A DNA stretch of 32,000 bases from Candidatus Electronema halotolerans (GCA_942493095.1 OW818675.1:1170001-1202000), one strand, 5' to 3'. Positions 19,351 through 29,133 are shown, numbered from the stretch's first letter. Notes: a model not told the origin generated them from the letters alone. Numbers and translations: made by a program.

Positions 19351-19417
19351 AATGGTTCACTCCCTCAGTTGAGGTTTGCTGAAAATGGGGAATCTCCTTG
19401 CAGGAGATTGGCAGTCA

Positions 19418-20371
19418 TTACTGGGCCGCAGGCGACTCCAAATACCGGAACAAATCCGCCTTGGGTGACAAAACCAGCGAGCTGTTGCGGCTGAGGATGT
19501 TCTGGTAGCTCTCCAGACTTTTCTGGAACGAATAAAATTCCGCGTTGCTGCTGTAGGTTTCGCCGTAGAGCCGGGAAGCCTCGGCATCTGCCTGGCCCCG
19601 GATTTCCGTGGATTCACGCTCGGCTTCAGAAATAATCTCCTTCAGCTCCCGCTCGACCTTGCCAAGGATTTCCGCCTTGCGGCCTTCGCCAAGCGAACGC
19701 TTTTCCGCCGCAATCCGCTTCCGCTCCGAAATCATCCGGGCATAGACCTTTTGCCGCACTGAATCAATGTAATTGACCCGCTTGAACATCACGTCGATCA
19801 GCTCAATGCCGTATTTGAGGGCATCTTGGGATGCCTGTTTAAGCACCATTTCACTGATCTTGTCACGGCCTTGGATCGGCGGCCTGGTCATTTCCTTGTC
19901 AGAACGCGTTTCCACGACATATTCAGAACTCCAGTCTGAGGAGCGGATGATTTCGATCAGATCATTCTGGTTGACCAAGTCACGGACCGCGCCGTTGATG
20001 ATGTCATCAAGCAGAGTCTGAGCGCGGGTCTCATTGCCTGCGGCTTGGAGGAAGCGGAGCGCGTCCTTGATCCGCCAGCGGGCCGTGTTGTCCATGTAGA
20101 TGAAGGTCTTGTCATTGGTGGGAATCTGGTTGGGGTCGCCGTCCCAGATCAGAATCCGTTTTTCAAAGAGCTGGACCCGCTGAAGAAAAGGCATTTTGAT
20201 TTTCAGCCCGGCCTCGGTGACTGGCTCGCCCACCGGCGCGCCGAACTGGGTGATTACGGCTTGCTCCCCTTCGGGCAAAACGTAAAAACCGTCCAGCACC
20301 ATAAGAATCAGGACAGCGGTCAGCAGCAGGTAGAGAATTTTCAGAACCGAGGCTTTTTGCGTCTGCTCCAT
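19418..20371 (-). CDS. hflC: Protease modulator HflC (SPFH/band 7)
   Basis: FYVLPEGEQAVITQFGAPVG, KIKMPFLQRVQLFEKRILIWDG and GRKAEILGKVERELKEI; downstream of hflK. Confidence 0.93.
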   Translation of the reverse strand: MEQTQKASVLKILYLLLTAVLILMVLDGFYVLPEGEQAVITQFGAPVGEPVTEAGLKIKMPFLQRVQLFEKRILIWDGDPNQIPTNDKTFIYMDNTARWRIKDALRFLQAAGNETRAQTLLDDIINGAVRDLVNQNDLIEIIRSSDWSSEYVVETRSDKEMTRPPIQGRDKISEMVLKQASQDALKYGIELIDVMFKRVNYIDSVRQKVYARMISERKRIAAEKRSLGEGRKAEILGKVERELKEIISEAERESTEIRGQADAEASRLYGETYSSNAEFYSFQKSLESYQNILSRNSSLVLSPKADLFRYLESPAAQ

Positions 20372-20372
20372 C

Positions 20373-21515
20373 TTATTGCGCTCCTGTGGTCTTTTGATCC
20401 GGGATGGTCAGCGGCATCTGCTGACTGCTGCTGTTCAGGTTGAGAAAGGGCAGCACAGGCTGGCCGCTGCTGTCCATGACATACAGATGCTGGACTTGAG
20501 GCAGGACTTCCTGCATGGTCTCCAAGTACATGCGCTGCCGGGTGACTTCCTTGGCCTTGGCGTATTCAGCGGCAATGGCCTTGAAGCGGGCGGTCTCACC
20601 TTTGGCATCGTTAGTCCGCTGGATCGCATAGCCATGCGCCTCCTCAATCATCCGCTTGGCCGAGCCACGCGCCTTGGGAATGACCCGGTTCTGCTGCTCC
20701 TCGGCCTCATTGACTAAGCGTTTCATGTCCTGATCCGCTTCGTTGACCTCGTTGAAGGCAGGCTTGACCTCGTCAGTCGGGGTGATGTCCAAGAGCTGGA
20801 GGGTGACGAGTTCCACGCCGCTTTCCAGCTTATTGAGGTCGCGCTGCAGCTCCTGCTTGGCCATGTTGGCCAGCGCGGTGCGGTTGCCGAGCACGTAGTC
20901 AAAGTCCATGTTGCCGACAATGCGGCGGATGACGGTCTCTGAGTTGTCCCGCACGGCTTGCGGAACATTGCGCACCTTGAAGAGAAAACTGACCGGATCG
21001 CTGACAGTGTATTGGACAATCCAAGCCACCTCAATCACGTTCTTGTCGCCAGTCAGCATCAGCGACTCCCGGTCATGCCCCTTCTTGTCAAACACTGTAT
21101 TTTCACCAGGTATTCTGGTGCGGAAGCCAAACTCCTCCTTGCGCACCGTCTTCACATCGACCCGTTTCATGTCCTCCATGTACGGAATCTTGAAATTAAG
21201 GCCTGGATCGGCAGTGCGGACATACTTGCCAAAGCGGAGGACAATGCCCTGCTCACCCGGCTTAATGCTGTAAAAGCAGGCAAAAGCACCGCGCAGGATC
21301 AGCACGGCCAAGATCACGGCAGCAACCTTGCCAGCTCCGGCGAGGAAATTAGGCTTCTGACCGCTGCCTTCTGGAGGCGGCTCTTTAGGCGCATCCCCGC
21401 CCTCCTGCTGCTGGTCAAAAAAATCGCGGATTTTCTGAATCAGCTCGGCAAGAAATTCCTCTGGCCCGGCTGGTTTCTTCTTCTTCCCCCAATGGGGATG
21501 CTCACTCATGGGCAT
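20373..21515 (-). CDS. hflK: FtsH protease activity modulator HflK (SPFH/band 7)
   Basis: CFYSIKPGEQGIVLRFGKYVRTADPGLNFKIPY and IPKARGSAKRMIEEAHGYAIQRTNDAKGETARFKAIAAEYAKAKEVTRQRMYLETM. Confidence 0.94.
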   Translation of the reverse strand: MPMSEHPHWGKKKKPAGPEEFLAELIQKIRDFFDQQQEGGDAPKEPPPEGSGQKPNFLAGAGKVAAVILAVLILRGAFACFYSIKPGEQGIVLRFGKYVRTADPGLNFKIPYMEDMKRVDVKTVRKEEFGFRTRIPGENTVFDKKGHDRESLMLTGDKNVIEVAWIVQYTVSDPVSFLFKVRNVPQAVRDNSETVIRRIVGNMDFDYVLGNRTALANMAKQELQRDLNKLESGVELVTLQLLDITPTDEVKPAFNEVNEADQDMKRLVNEAEEQQNRVIPKARGSAKRMIEEAHGYAIQRTNDAKGETARFKAIAAEYAKAKEVTRQRMYLETMQEVLPQVQHLYVMDSSGQPVLPFLNLNSSSQQMPLTIPDQKTTGAQ

Positions 21516-21584
21516 TGTCCTACCTGTCGCGTTGGTGTTGACGATTTACGCACTCTTGCCTATTTAAAACGGTATTGACCTGTC

Positions 21585-22613
21585 TTACAAGTATTTTCCG
21601 AATTCCTGCCATCCTTCTGTCTGAAAGGCCAGCAGCCAGCAGAAAACTATGAGAAGCAGCGCGCTGATGAACAAGCCCTGCTGGATTGTCTTATGCTCGC
21701 CCTGCTGATCAAATTTGAACAGCCGCAGAAGCAGGCCCAAGATCAGGCCGCTGAACAGGCCGAACAGATGCGCGCCCAAGTCTGTGCGTCCGCTCTCATT
21801 GCTGCTGCCGAGCATGGCCAGCAGGCCGACACCTGCTCCCAGCGGCAGGAGGAGCTGACGGAGCACAGGGCCGGGACTGACAAGCTGCCGTCCACAAAGT
21901 ATGCCAATGGCGGCAAAGATGGCCGTGGAAAAGCCGACCGAATAATGCGGCTCGCTGCGGAAGACGATGTTGAGCAGGTTGCCGAGCAGGCCGGAGAGAA
22001 GCAGGGTCAGCCAGGCCGTGCCGGAGCCGATGCTCTTGCAGAGGAGCTGGGCGATGAAGCCGCCGATCACGCAGTTGCCGACCAAGTGCATCTGGTCCGC
22101 ATGGAGAGTCAGAGCGGTGAGCAGCCGCTGCCACTGGCCCTGCTCCAAGATGGCCTTGCTGTTGATCGCCCCGGCCCGGAACCACGGGCTGTCCGCTGCC
22201 CACGGCCCGGTCAGCAGATAGATAAAAATCAAGAGGCCGAGCATGAACAGGTTGGCGCGGCTGCCGCTGCGGACAAAGGGCGGAGGAGGGACTGTTGGAG
22301 TCGGCCAGTTGCGGTTTTCCACGCGAAAGGCTTGCAGCTCGGCCATAGCCCGTGCGCTGTGACGACGGCGGACAAACACGGCTCCGGCCCGCCGGTTCAC
22401 CTGATGCTCAATGCCGACCGCGCTCAGAACTAACGAATAATCGCTGAGATCAGCAGGCAAGGCCTTGGCAGCCAGCACCCATTGCTCCGGCTCCGGCCCG
22501 GCGGGCGGAATGACAGAATCGTTTTCGTTCATTCCGCACACAGTAAGCGCGGCAGAGCAAATGGTCAAGAGGAGGCATTGTTCGGCTGCCGCTTCTGAGG
22601 CGGGTAATATCAA
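21585..22613 (-). CDS. Rhomboid-family intramembrane serine protease
   Basis: Multi-TM; TALTLHADQMHLVGN, catalytic-like VGFSTAIFAAIG and LGAHLFGLFSGLILG. Confidence 0.85.
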   Translation of the reverse strand: MILPASEAAAEQCLLLTICSAALTVCGMNENDSVIPPAGPEPEQWVLAAKALPADLSDYSLVLSAVGIEHQVNRRAGAVFVRRRHSARAMAELQAFRVENRNWPTPTVPPPPFVRSGSRANLFMLGLLIFIYLLTGPWAADSPWFRAGAINSKAILEQGQWQRLLTALTLHADQMHLVGNCVIGGFIAQLLCKSIGSGTAWLTLLLSGLLGNLLNIVFRSEPHYSVGFSTAIFAAIGILCGRQLVSPGPVLRQLLLPLGAGVGLLAMLGSSNESGRTDLGAHLFGLFSGLILGLLLRLFKFDQQGEHKTIQQGLFISALLLIVFCWLLAFQTEGWQEFGKYL

Positions 22614-23249
22614 AGCCCGCCGCCTTTCCTCGGCAGGACAATTTTCAGACAGTCCTCGCTGACCTCAAAGACCGGTTCCACGCCGTTGTGCTGCCGCATC
22701 AGAGGAATGACCTTGGTGCGCACGCCCATTCCCGGTGCGTCAACATAGCCGTAATCGCGCAAAATCTCCATGATCAGCGGATTGCGGGGAGAACGCTGCC
22801 CGGCGATCATGCGCCAGCGGCCTGCGAGCGGGCCATCCAGCACAGTGTCAAGCCGGGCCTGATATTCTTTGTCCGCACGCACCGGCAAAAATCATGAGCC
22901 GCAGTCCAGCCTAGGGCAAATAGCGGCGGGGCCGGATGCCGAAGCAGACCAGCCCGGCGATGGAGCAGACCTTGTTGCCCAGTCCGTCTTCAGCCATCAG
23001 GCCCAGTCCGAGCAGGCGTTCGATCCACTGCTCCCGGCTGCCCGGCACGTCCGGGTCTTCAATGATGGAGGCCAGATAAAAGTTGAGCCGGTCCAAGTCC
23101 AGCGAGTCTATTGAAGTTCCGGCGACAGGCAGGGTTTCCATATTCACAATCTCTTTTGCCAGCTGTTCCGGGTGGATGTCATCCCGTTTGAACTCCACGC
23201 CGGAGTTCTCGCCGTTGCGGATGATTTCAAGGAGTTCTGCTGTGCGCAT
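22610..23249 (-). pseudogene. Decayed AlbA_2/RecG-like (Schlafen-type) ATP-binding protein gene
   Basis: N-part MRTAELLEIIRNGENSGVEFKRDD...GLVCFGIRPRRYLP*; C-part ADKEYQARLDTVLDGPLAGRW...NPLIMEILRDYGYVDAPGMGVRTKVIPLMRQHNG in another frame. In-frame stop, frameshift and internal deletions apparent. Confidence 0.75.
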
Positions 23250-23483
23250 GAGTGATCTCTCTTGGTCGGTGATGGAAATTCCACATTTTTCCAGTTTGTT
23301 GCGTTCTTTATAATACTGCGCCGCCTCTTGTGCGACAACGAAAAAGACACGTTGCTCTGCCTGCTGCTCCATGATAGGATGGCTTGCCGCCGCCGGGTGG
23401 TCAGTTTGAGATGCAGATGAAACTTGTTTGCACAAATTTTCTGCTGTATCATAAACAGATAAGCCGCTTCGACAGCTATTGTC

Positions 23484-24386
23484 ATGAACCTACAACAAGC
23501 CTACTACGAACAGAAATTTGAGAATGCCTTTCTGCGGGCAAAAGGAGACGAGTTCCAGACATTCTTTGAACGCCTGATGGGTTTGGCATGTAAGGCGGAT
23601 TTCATGGCCTGCCGTCCTTGGGGTAATATCGGCGACCGCAAGAACGACGGTTTCCTGAAGTCAGAGCGGCGGCTGTTTCAAGTATATGCGCCAAATGCGA
23701 TGGAAGCAAAGAAAGCCATCGACAAAATCACAGAAGATTTTGAAGGTGCAAAGGTTCATTGGGGCAAGCATTTCGACAAATGGGTCTTTGTTCACAACGC
23801 TTATGACGGATTGCCGCCGCATGTTCACGAAGTCATCCTTGAGTTTGAACGAGTCAATCCGGGAATTGTTTTGGAGCCTTGGGGACTGGAGGAGCTGCGG
23901 CTGATTTTCCGTCTTCTTTCAGAAGAAGACTGCATTTCTTGGTTTGGCTTGGCTCCAACGGAAGAAACAAAAGCCAAGCTCGGTTTCAAAGAACTCCAAG
24001 TTGTCTTTGAAATCTTGGCCAGCAATGCGGCACCTCCCAGTTTCACTGTCCAGCCAGTTCCGCAAGGCAAAATTGAAGCCAATGCGCTGTCTGAAAGCGT
24101 GAGAGAATTGATCAAAAGCGGCATGTCGAAAAGCTGGTTGGTTTCAGATTTTCTTGAAAAATGGCATGATGAAACCTTGGGCGAACGTTTGGCAGTCGCT
24201 TTCCGCGAGGAATACAAACGGCGGCGGGGAACAATGCCGCCCAACCAGATATTCTCTGAACTCCAGACATGGGCAGGCGGCAGAGAGCGCGGCACACCAG
24301 AACATGAAATGGCAGTGCTGACGGTGCTGGCCTATTACTTTGAGCGGTGCGATATTTTTGAAGAACCAAGAACAGTGCGGCCATGA
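23484..24386 (+). CDS. Probable ABC-three-component (ABC-3C) system effector-type protein
   Basis: Fragment FERLMGLACKADFMACRPWGNIGDRKNDGF and a C-terminal region VPQGKIEANALSESVRELIKSG...FAVLAYYFERCDIFEEP-like, typical of ABC-3C C-terminal domain proteins; ATGA-coupled to the next gene. Confidence 0.7.
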   Translation: MNLQQAYYEQKFENAFLRAKGDEFQTFFERLMGLACKADFMACRPWGNIGDRKNDGFLKSERRLFQVYAPNAMEAKKAIDKITEDFEGAKVHWGKHFDKWVFVHNAYDGLPPHVHEVILEFERVNPGIVLEPWGLEELRLIFRLLSEEDCISWFGLAPTEETKAKLGFKELQVVFEILASNAAPPSFTVQPVPQGKIEANALSESVRELIKSGMSKSWLVSDFLEKWHDETLGERLAVAFREEYKRRRGTMPPNQIFSELQTWAGGRERGTPEHEMAVLTVLAYYFERCDIFEEPRTVRP

Positions 24387-24628
24387 TTCTTCCTTCCAAG
24401 CATCTTTCTCAAGAACGCGCCTTGCTCTCTGTCGGAGCAAAGCTGCTTGTCTGTCTTTCCAAACCTAAGACGGTCTCGGCTCTGTGGGAAGAAATCTCCC
24501 GGCCTGTTGAGAAGCAGGTCAAGAAGCCAGCCTTGCGATATGATGCCTATGTTCTCACGCTTGATCTTTTGTTTATGATCGGAGCGATTGAACTTCAAGA
24601 CGGCTTGTTGAGGCGCAAGAAACCATGA
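24383..24628 (+). CDS. Probable ABC-3C middle component
   Basis: 81 aa, MILPSKHLSQERALLSVGAKLLVCLSKPKTVSALWEEISRPVEKQ..., located between the two larger ABC-3C genes; ATGA overlap on both sides. Confidence 0.68.
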   Translation: MILPSKHLSQERALLSVGAKLLVCLSKPKTVSALWEEISRPVEKQVKKPALRYDAYVLTLDLLFMIGAIELQDGLLRRKKP

Positions 24629-26337
24629 TTCACCGCATTTTCAGCAGCCTGCCAACCTTCAAGGAACTGGAATTTCATTCCGGTCTGAATATCCTCATCG
24701 CGCAGAAGGAAGCTGGAGCCACAGACAAGCAGACTCGGAACCGGGCAGGAAAGACCAGTCTGATCGAGATCATTCATTTTCTTGCTGGGGCGAATGTTGA
24801 GAAAGATTCCATTTTTCGTTCTGAGGCACTCAAGAACGAATCGTTCAGCATGACTTTCGACTTTGGCGGCGAATTAGTCACCGCAAGACGTTCCGGCAAG
24901 GAAGCAGCTAAACTGCATCTGGAAGGAGCCAATTTTCCCAACGGAAAGACGCAGCTTTCCAACAAAGATTGGATTTCTGTGCTCGGCGGCAAGATGTTTG
25001 GGCTGAATAACCTTGAAGGCAGTCCGCCCTCTTTCCGGCAGCTTTTTCCGTACTTTGTCCGCCGTCAGAACAGCAATGGCTTCATAGAACCAGAAAAACA
25101 TACTAAGATGCAAAAGCCGGGCGATGTGCAGACAGCTCTGCTTTACCTGCTTGATCTTGACTGGCAGATTGCTGGAGAATGGCAGCAAGTGCGTGATCAG
25201 GAAAAAACTTTGAAAGAGCTGAAAAAGGCGGCTGGCAGCGGTGCCTTCGACGGTTTCATTGGCAAAGCATCTGAACTTCGCACAGACCTGACAGTCGCCG
25301 AGGCGAAACTGAAAGAAATGCAGGAGCAGCTGGGCAAATTCCGCGTCCTGCCGCAATATGCCGAACTGGAGGCCGAAGCTGACCAGCTCACCAAGCAGAT
25401 CAACGAGCTGGCCAATGCCAATGTGGCTGATGCCGCAGCCATCCGCGATTTGGAGGCTGCCATGCGTTCTGAAGCTCCGCCGCCGCTTGATGAACTGGAG
25501 AGCATTTACGCCGAAGCTGGCGTTTCCTTGCCCGGACTTGCCCTGAAACGGTATGAAGAGGTGCGGGCATTCCATCAGTCGGTCATCCGCAACCGCCGCG
25601 ACTATCTTGCCGATGAGCTGGAGGCTGCCAAGCAGCGGGTGAAGGCGCGGGAGAAGCAGAAACAGGCTTTTGATGAACGTCAGTCTGTGGTGATGAATCT
25701 GCTGCAAAGCTGCGGTGCCCTTGACCAGTTTTCCAAATTGCAAGAAGAAGCCGCCCGGCAGAAAAGTGCAGTGGAAGCCTTGCGCCATCGTTTTGCCGCT
25801 GCCGAACAGTTGGAAGAGACCAAGAATGAACTGCATCTGGAGCGCAACCGGCTTGAACAGCGGCTCCGTCGGGACTTTGCGGAACAAAACGACCGCCTTG
25901 CCGATGCCATTCTTGCCTTTGAAGCAACCTCAAAGCGTCTCTATGAATCCGCAGGCAAGATGAATGTCGATCCAACCTCGAACGGCCCCAAATTTGAATT
26001 TCCCATGCAGGGTTCCCGCAGCAAGGGCATTAAGAATATGCAGATATTCTGCTTTGACATGATGCTCATGCGGCTCTGCGTCAAGCGCGGCATCGGCCCC
26101 GGTTTTCTTGTCCATGACAGCCACCTGTTCGACGGCGTGGATGGCCGCCAGCTTGTCAGCGCCCTCAAGGTTGGTGCGGAAACAGCAGAGCAGCTCGGTT
26201 TTCAGTATATCGTCACCATGAACGAGGACGATGCCTTTAAAGAGACTGCTGACGGCTTTGCTGTGCGGCAGCATGTCCTCCCGGTTGTTCTCACTGATGC
26301 GAAGGAAGACGGCGGTCTGTTCGGCTGCCGCTTCTGA
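24625..26337 (+). CDS. DUF2326-type ABC/SMC-like ATPase of the ABC-3C system
   Basis: LNILIAQKEAGATDKQTRNRAGKTSLIEIIHFLAG P-loop region, long coiled coil, C-terminal FCFDMMLMRLCVKRGIGPGFLVHDSHLFDGVDGRQL. Confidence 0.8.
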   Translation: MIHRIFSSLPTFKELEFHSGLNILIAQKEAGATDKQTRNRAGKTSLIEIIHFLAGANVEKDSIFRSEALKNESFSMTFDFGGELVTARRSGKEAAKLHLEGANFPNGKTQLSNKDWISVLGGKMFGLNNLEGSPPSFRQLFPYFVRRQNSNGFIEPEKHTKMQKPGDVQTALLYLLDLDWQIAGEWQQVRDQEKTLKELKKAAGSGAFDGFIGKASELRTDLTVAEAKLKEMQEQLGKFRVLPQYAELEAEADQLTKQINELANANVADAAAIRDLEAAMRSEAPPPLDELESIYAEAGVSLPGLALKRYEEVRAFHQSVIRNRRDYLADELEAAKQRVKAREKQKQAFDERQSVVMNLLQSCGALDQFSKLQEEAARQKSAVEALRHRFAAAEQLEETKNELHLERNRLEQRLRRDFAEQNDRLADAILAFEATSKRLYESAGKMNVDPTSNGPKFEFPMQGSRSKGIKNMQIFCFDMMLMRLCVKRGIGPGFLVHDSHLFDGVDGRQLVSALKVGAETAEQLGFQYIVTMNEDDAFKETADGFAVRQHVLPVVLTDAKEDGGLFGCRF

Positions 26338-26352
26338 AGCGGAATCCTCCCC

Positions 26353-29133
26353 ATGCCCCCACTAAGCTGGAACGAAATCAAGTCCCGTGCGGTCGCCTTT
26401 TCCCGCGACTGGGCTGAGGAAGCCTCTGAGAACGCTGAGGCCAAGACCTTCTGGAACGAGTTCTTCCATATCTTCGGCATCAGTCGCCGCAAGATCGCCA
26501 GCTTTGAGCAGCGGGTCAAGAAGCTCGACAGCCGCGACGGCTACATTGACTTGCTCTGGAAAGGAATGCTGCTCATTGAGCACAAGTCGCGGGGCGGCGA
26601 CCTTGACCGTGCGCACGAGCAGGCCCTCGGCTATTTCCCCGGCCTCAAGGAGCGCGAGCTGCCGCGCTACATTCTGGTGTGCGACTTTGCCCGCTTCCGC
26701 CTCTACGATCTGGAGGAGGACAGCCGCCATGACTTCACGCTCACGGAGTTGCACAAGAACGTGCGGCTTTTCGGCTTCATAGCCGGTTATCAGACGCACG
26801 CCCTGCGCGAGCAGGACCCGGTCAATATCAAGGCGGCAGAGCGCATGGGCCGTCTGCACGACCAGCTCAAGGAGGCGGGCTATCTTGGCCAGCCGCTGGA
26901 AGTCTGCCTTGTCCGCCTGCTCTTCTGCCTCTTTGCCGAGGACACCGGCATCTTTGAGCGGCAGCAGTTTCAGGAGCTGATTGAGCAGCGCACCCGCGAG
27001 GACGGCAGCGATCTTGGCCCGCAGCTTGCCCAGCTTTTCCAGACCCTGAACTTGCCGGAGAGCCGCCGCTACAAGAATCTGGATGAGCAGCTTGCCGCCT
27101 TTCCTTTCATCAACGGCAGGCTTTTTGAGGAATCTCTGCCCATTGCCGCCTTTGATACGGCCATGCGCCAGACCCTGCTGGACTGCTGCGGATTGGACTG
27201 GTCGCGCATCTCGCCCGCCATTTTTGGTTCGTTGTTCCAATCCATTATGGACAAGCAGGCGCGTCGCAACCTTGGCGCGCACTACACCAGCGAGAGCAAC
27301 ATTCTCAAGCTGATTAAACCGCTCTTTCTCGACCGGCTGCGGGAGGAATTTGACAAGATCAGGAGCAGGAAGACGGGCCGGGACAAGCTGCTGGCCGAGT
27401 TCCATAAGAAGCTGCGCAGCCTGACCTTTCTTGATCCGGCCTGTGGCTGCGGCAACTTCTTGGTCATTGCCTACCGCGAGCTGCGTCTGCTGGAATTGGA
27501 CATCCTGCGTGAGCTGCTCAAGAACCAGAGGGGCCAGCAGAGTTTGGATGTGCGCGGCCTGCTCCGCTTGGATGTTGACCAGTTCTTCGGCATTGAGCTG
27601 GAGGAGTTTCCGGCCCAGATCGCCCAAGTTGCCCTCTGGCTGACTGACCATCAGATGAACCAGCGCGTTTCCGAGGAGTTCGGCCTCTACTTTGTCCGCA
27701 TTCCGCTCAAGACCAGCCCGCACATCATCTGCGCCAATGCCCTGCGCATGGACTGGAACGAGCTGATTCCGGCGGAGCGGCTCAGTTGCATCATGGGCAA
27801 TCCGCCGTTTGTGGGGAAAAAGGAGCAATCCGCCGAGCAGAAAGCTGATTTTGTTCCTGTCATGAAAGGAATCCATAGTGCCGGTCTGTTAGATTTCGTC
27901 ACCGCTTGGTATGTGAAAGCAGTCCGAATGATTCAAAGCAGTTCAATCCGCTGCGCCTTTGTCTCCACCAACTCCATCTGCCAAGGCGAGCAGGTCGGGG
28001 TTTTGTGGAGCTGGCTGCTGGCGCAGGGCATCAAGATTTTCTTTGCTCACCGCACCTTTCAGTGGAGCAATGAGGCGCGGGGCAAGGCAGCGGTGCATTG
28101 TGTGATTGTCGGCTTTGCTTATGAGGACATCAGCCCGAAATGGCTCTTTGAGTATGAGGACATCAAAAGTGAGCCTCAGCGCATCGCGGCGGAGAACATC
28201 AATCCATATCTTGTGAATGCGTCGAACGTGGTTCTTCAAAGAAGATCAAAGCCCATTTGTAACGTCCCGGAAATCAACAAAGGCAGCGAGGCAACGGACT
28301 TTGGGCATCTTTTTTTGAACGTCGAAGAAAAGGCATTTCTGGAAAAAGAGAATCCGCTTGCAAGCAGGTGGATACGCCAAGTCTTTGGCTCAAATGAATT
28401 CATCAACAATGAAGAAAGATTCTGTCTCTGGCTTGTTGGAATTTCTCCGGCAGAGCTGAAGACCATGCCTTTAGTCATGGAACGTGTCGCCAAAGTCAGA
28501 CAGGAACGGCTAAACAGCAAAAAAGACCGTACAAAAGAATGGGCTGATCAGCCGTTTTTGTTCAGCGAGAATAGGCAGCCGGAAAGCAATTATCTTGCAG
28601 TACCGAAAGTTTCTTCAGAGAGAAGGCCGTATTTGCCGATTGGCTATTTGAAGCCTGAACAGATAGCAACAGGAAGTCTGCAAGTTATTCCTTTCGCAGA
28701 GTTGTATCATTTTGGCATACTGAGTTCTATTATGCACATGGCATGGATGCGGCATGTCTGCGGTCGCCTTGAAAGCCGTTACCAATATTCCAACAGTATT
28801 GTTTACAACAACTTCCCTTGGCCGGACAATCCCTCTGCCAAGCAGCGGCAGGCGGTGGAAGACAAGGCGCAGGCTGTTTTGGATGCCCGCGCTCAGTTCC
28901 CGGACTCCTCGCTCGCTGATCTCTACGACCCGCTGACCATGCCGCCCGCGCTGCTCAAGGCGCACCGCGCTTTGGACAAGGCTGTGGATGCCGCCTACGG
29001 CAAAACCGACTTTGCCGCTGAGGCCGAGCGCGTCGCTTTCCTCTTTGATCTCTACCAGAAATACACGGCCAGCCTTCTGCCAGCAGCGGCAAAGAAGAAA
29101 ACATCGGGCCGACGGCGCAGGGGCAGTTCATGA
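26353..29133 (+). CDS. MmeI-like type IIL (IIG) restriction-modification protein
   Basis: PD-(D/E)xK-like DGYIDLLWKGMLLIEHKSRG, SAM motif DPACGCGNFLVIAYRELRLLE, catalytic NPPFVGKKEQ; LGAHYTSESNI; C-terminal target-recognition and tail region. Confidence 0.9.
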   Translation: MPPLSWNEIKSRAVAFSRDWAEEASENAEAKTFWNEFFHIFGISRRKIASFEQRVKKLDSRDGYIDLLWKGMLLIEHKSRGGDLDRAHEQALGYFPGLKERELPRYILVCDFARFRLYDLEEDSRHDFTLTELHKNVRLFGFIAGYQTHALREQDPVNIKAAERMGRLHDQLKEAGYLGQPLEVCLVRLLFCLFAEDTGIFERQQFQELIEQRTREDGSDLGPQLAQLFQTLNLPESRRYKNLDEQLAAFPFINGRLFEESLPIAAFDTAMRQTLLDCCGLDWSRISPAIFGSLFQSIMDKQARRNLGAHYTSESNILKLIKPLFLDRLREEFDKIRSRKTGRDKLLAEFHKKLRSLTFLDPACGCGNFLVIAYRELRLLELDILRELLKNQRGQQSLDVRGLLRLDVDQFFGIELEEFPAQIAQVALWLTDHQMNQRVSEEFGLYFVRIPLKTSPHIICANALRMDWNELIPAERLSCIMGNPPFVGKKEQSAEQKADFVPVMKGIHSAGLLDFVTAWYVKAVRMIQSSSIRCAFVSTNSICQGEQVGVLWSWLLAQGIKIFFAHRTFQWSNEARGKAAVHCVIVGFAYEDISPKWLFEYEDIKSEPQRIAAENINPYLVNASNVVLQRRSKPICNVPEINKGSEATDFGHLFLNVEEKAFLEKENPLASRWIRQVFGSNEFINNEERFCLWLVGISPAELKTMPLVMERVAKVRQERLNSKKDRTKEWADQPFLFSENRQPESNYLAVPKVSSERRPYLPIGYLKPEQIATGSLQVIPFAELYHFGILSSIMHMAWMRHVCGRLESRYQYSNSIVYNNFPWPDNPSAKQRQAVEDKAQAVLDARAQFPDSSLADLYDPLTMPPALLKAHRALDKAVDAAYGKTDFAAEAERVAFLFDLYQKYTASLLPAAAKKKTSGRRRRGSS

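Noticed and set aside
24874-25887. 337-aa minus-strand ORF
   Set aside because: Antisense to the DUF2326-type ATPase gene and has no supporting motifs.
26362-27876. 504-aa minus-strand ORF
   Set aside because: Fully antisense to the well-supported MmeI-like gene; low-complexity translation caused by GC-rich codon bias.
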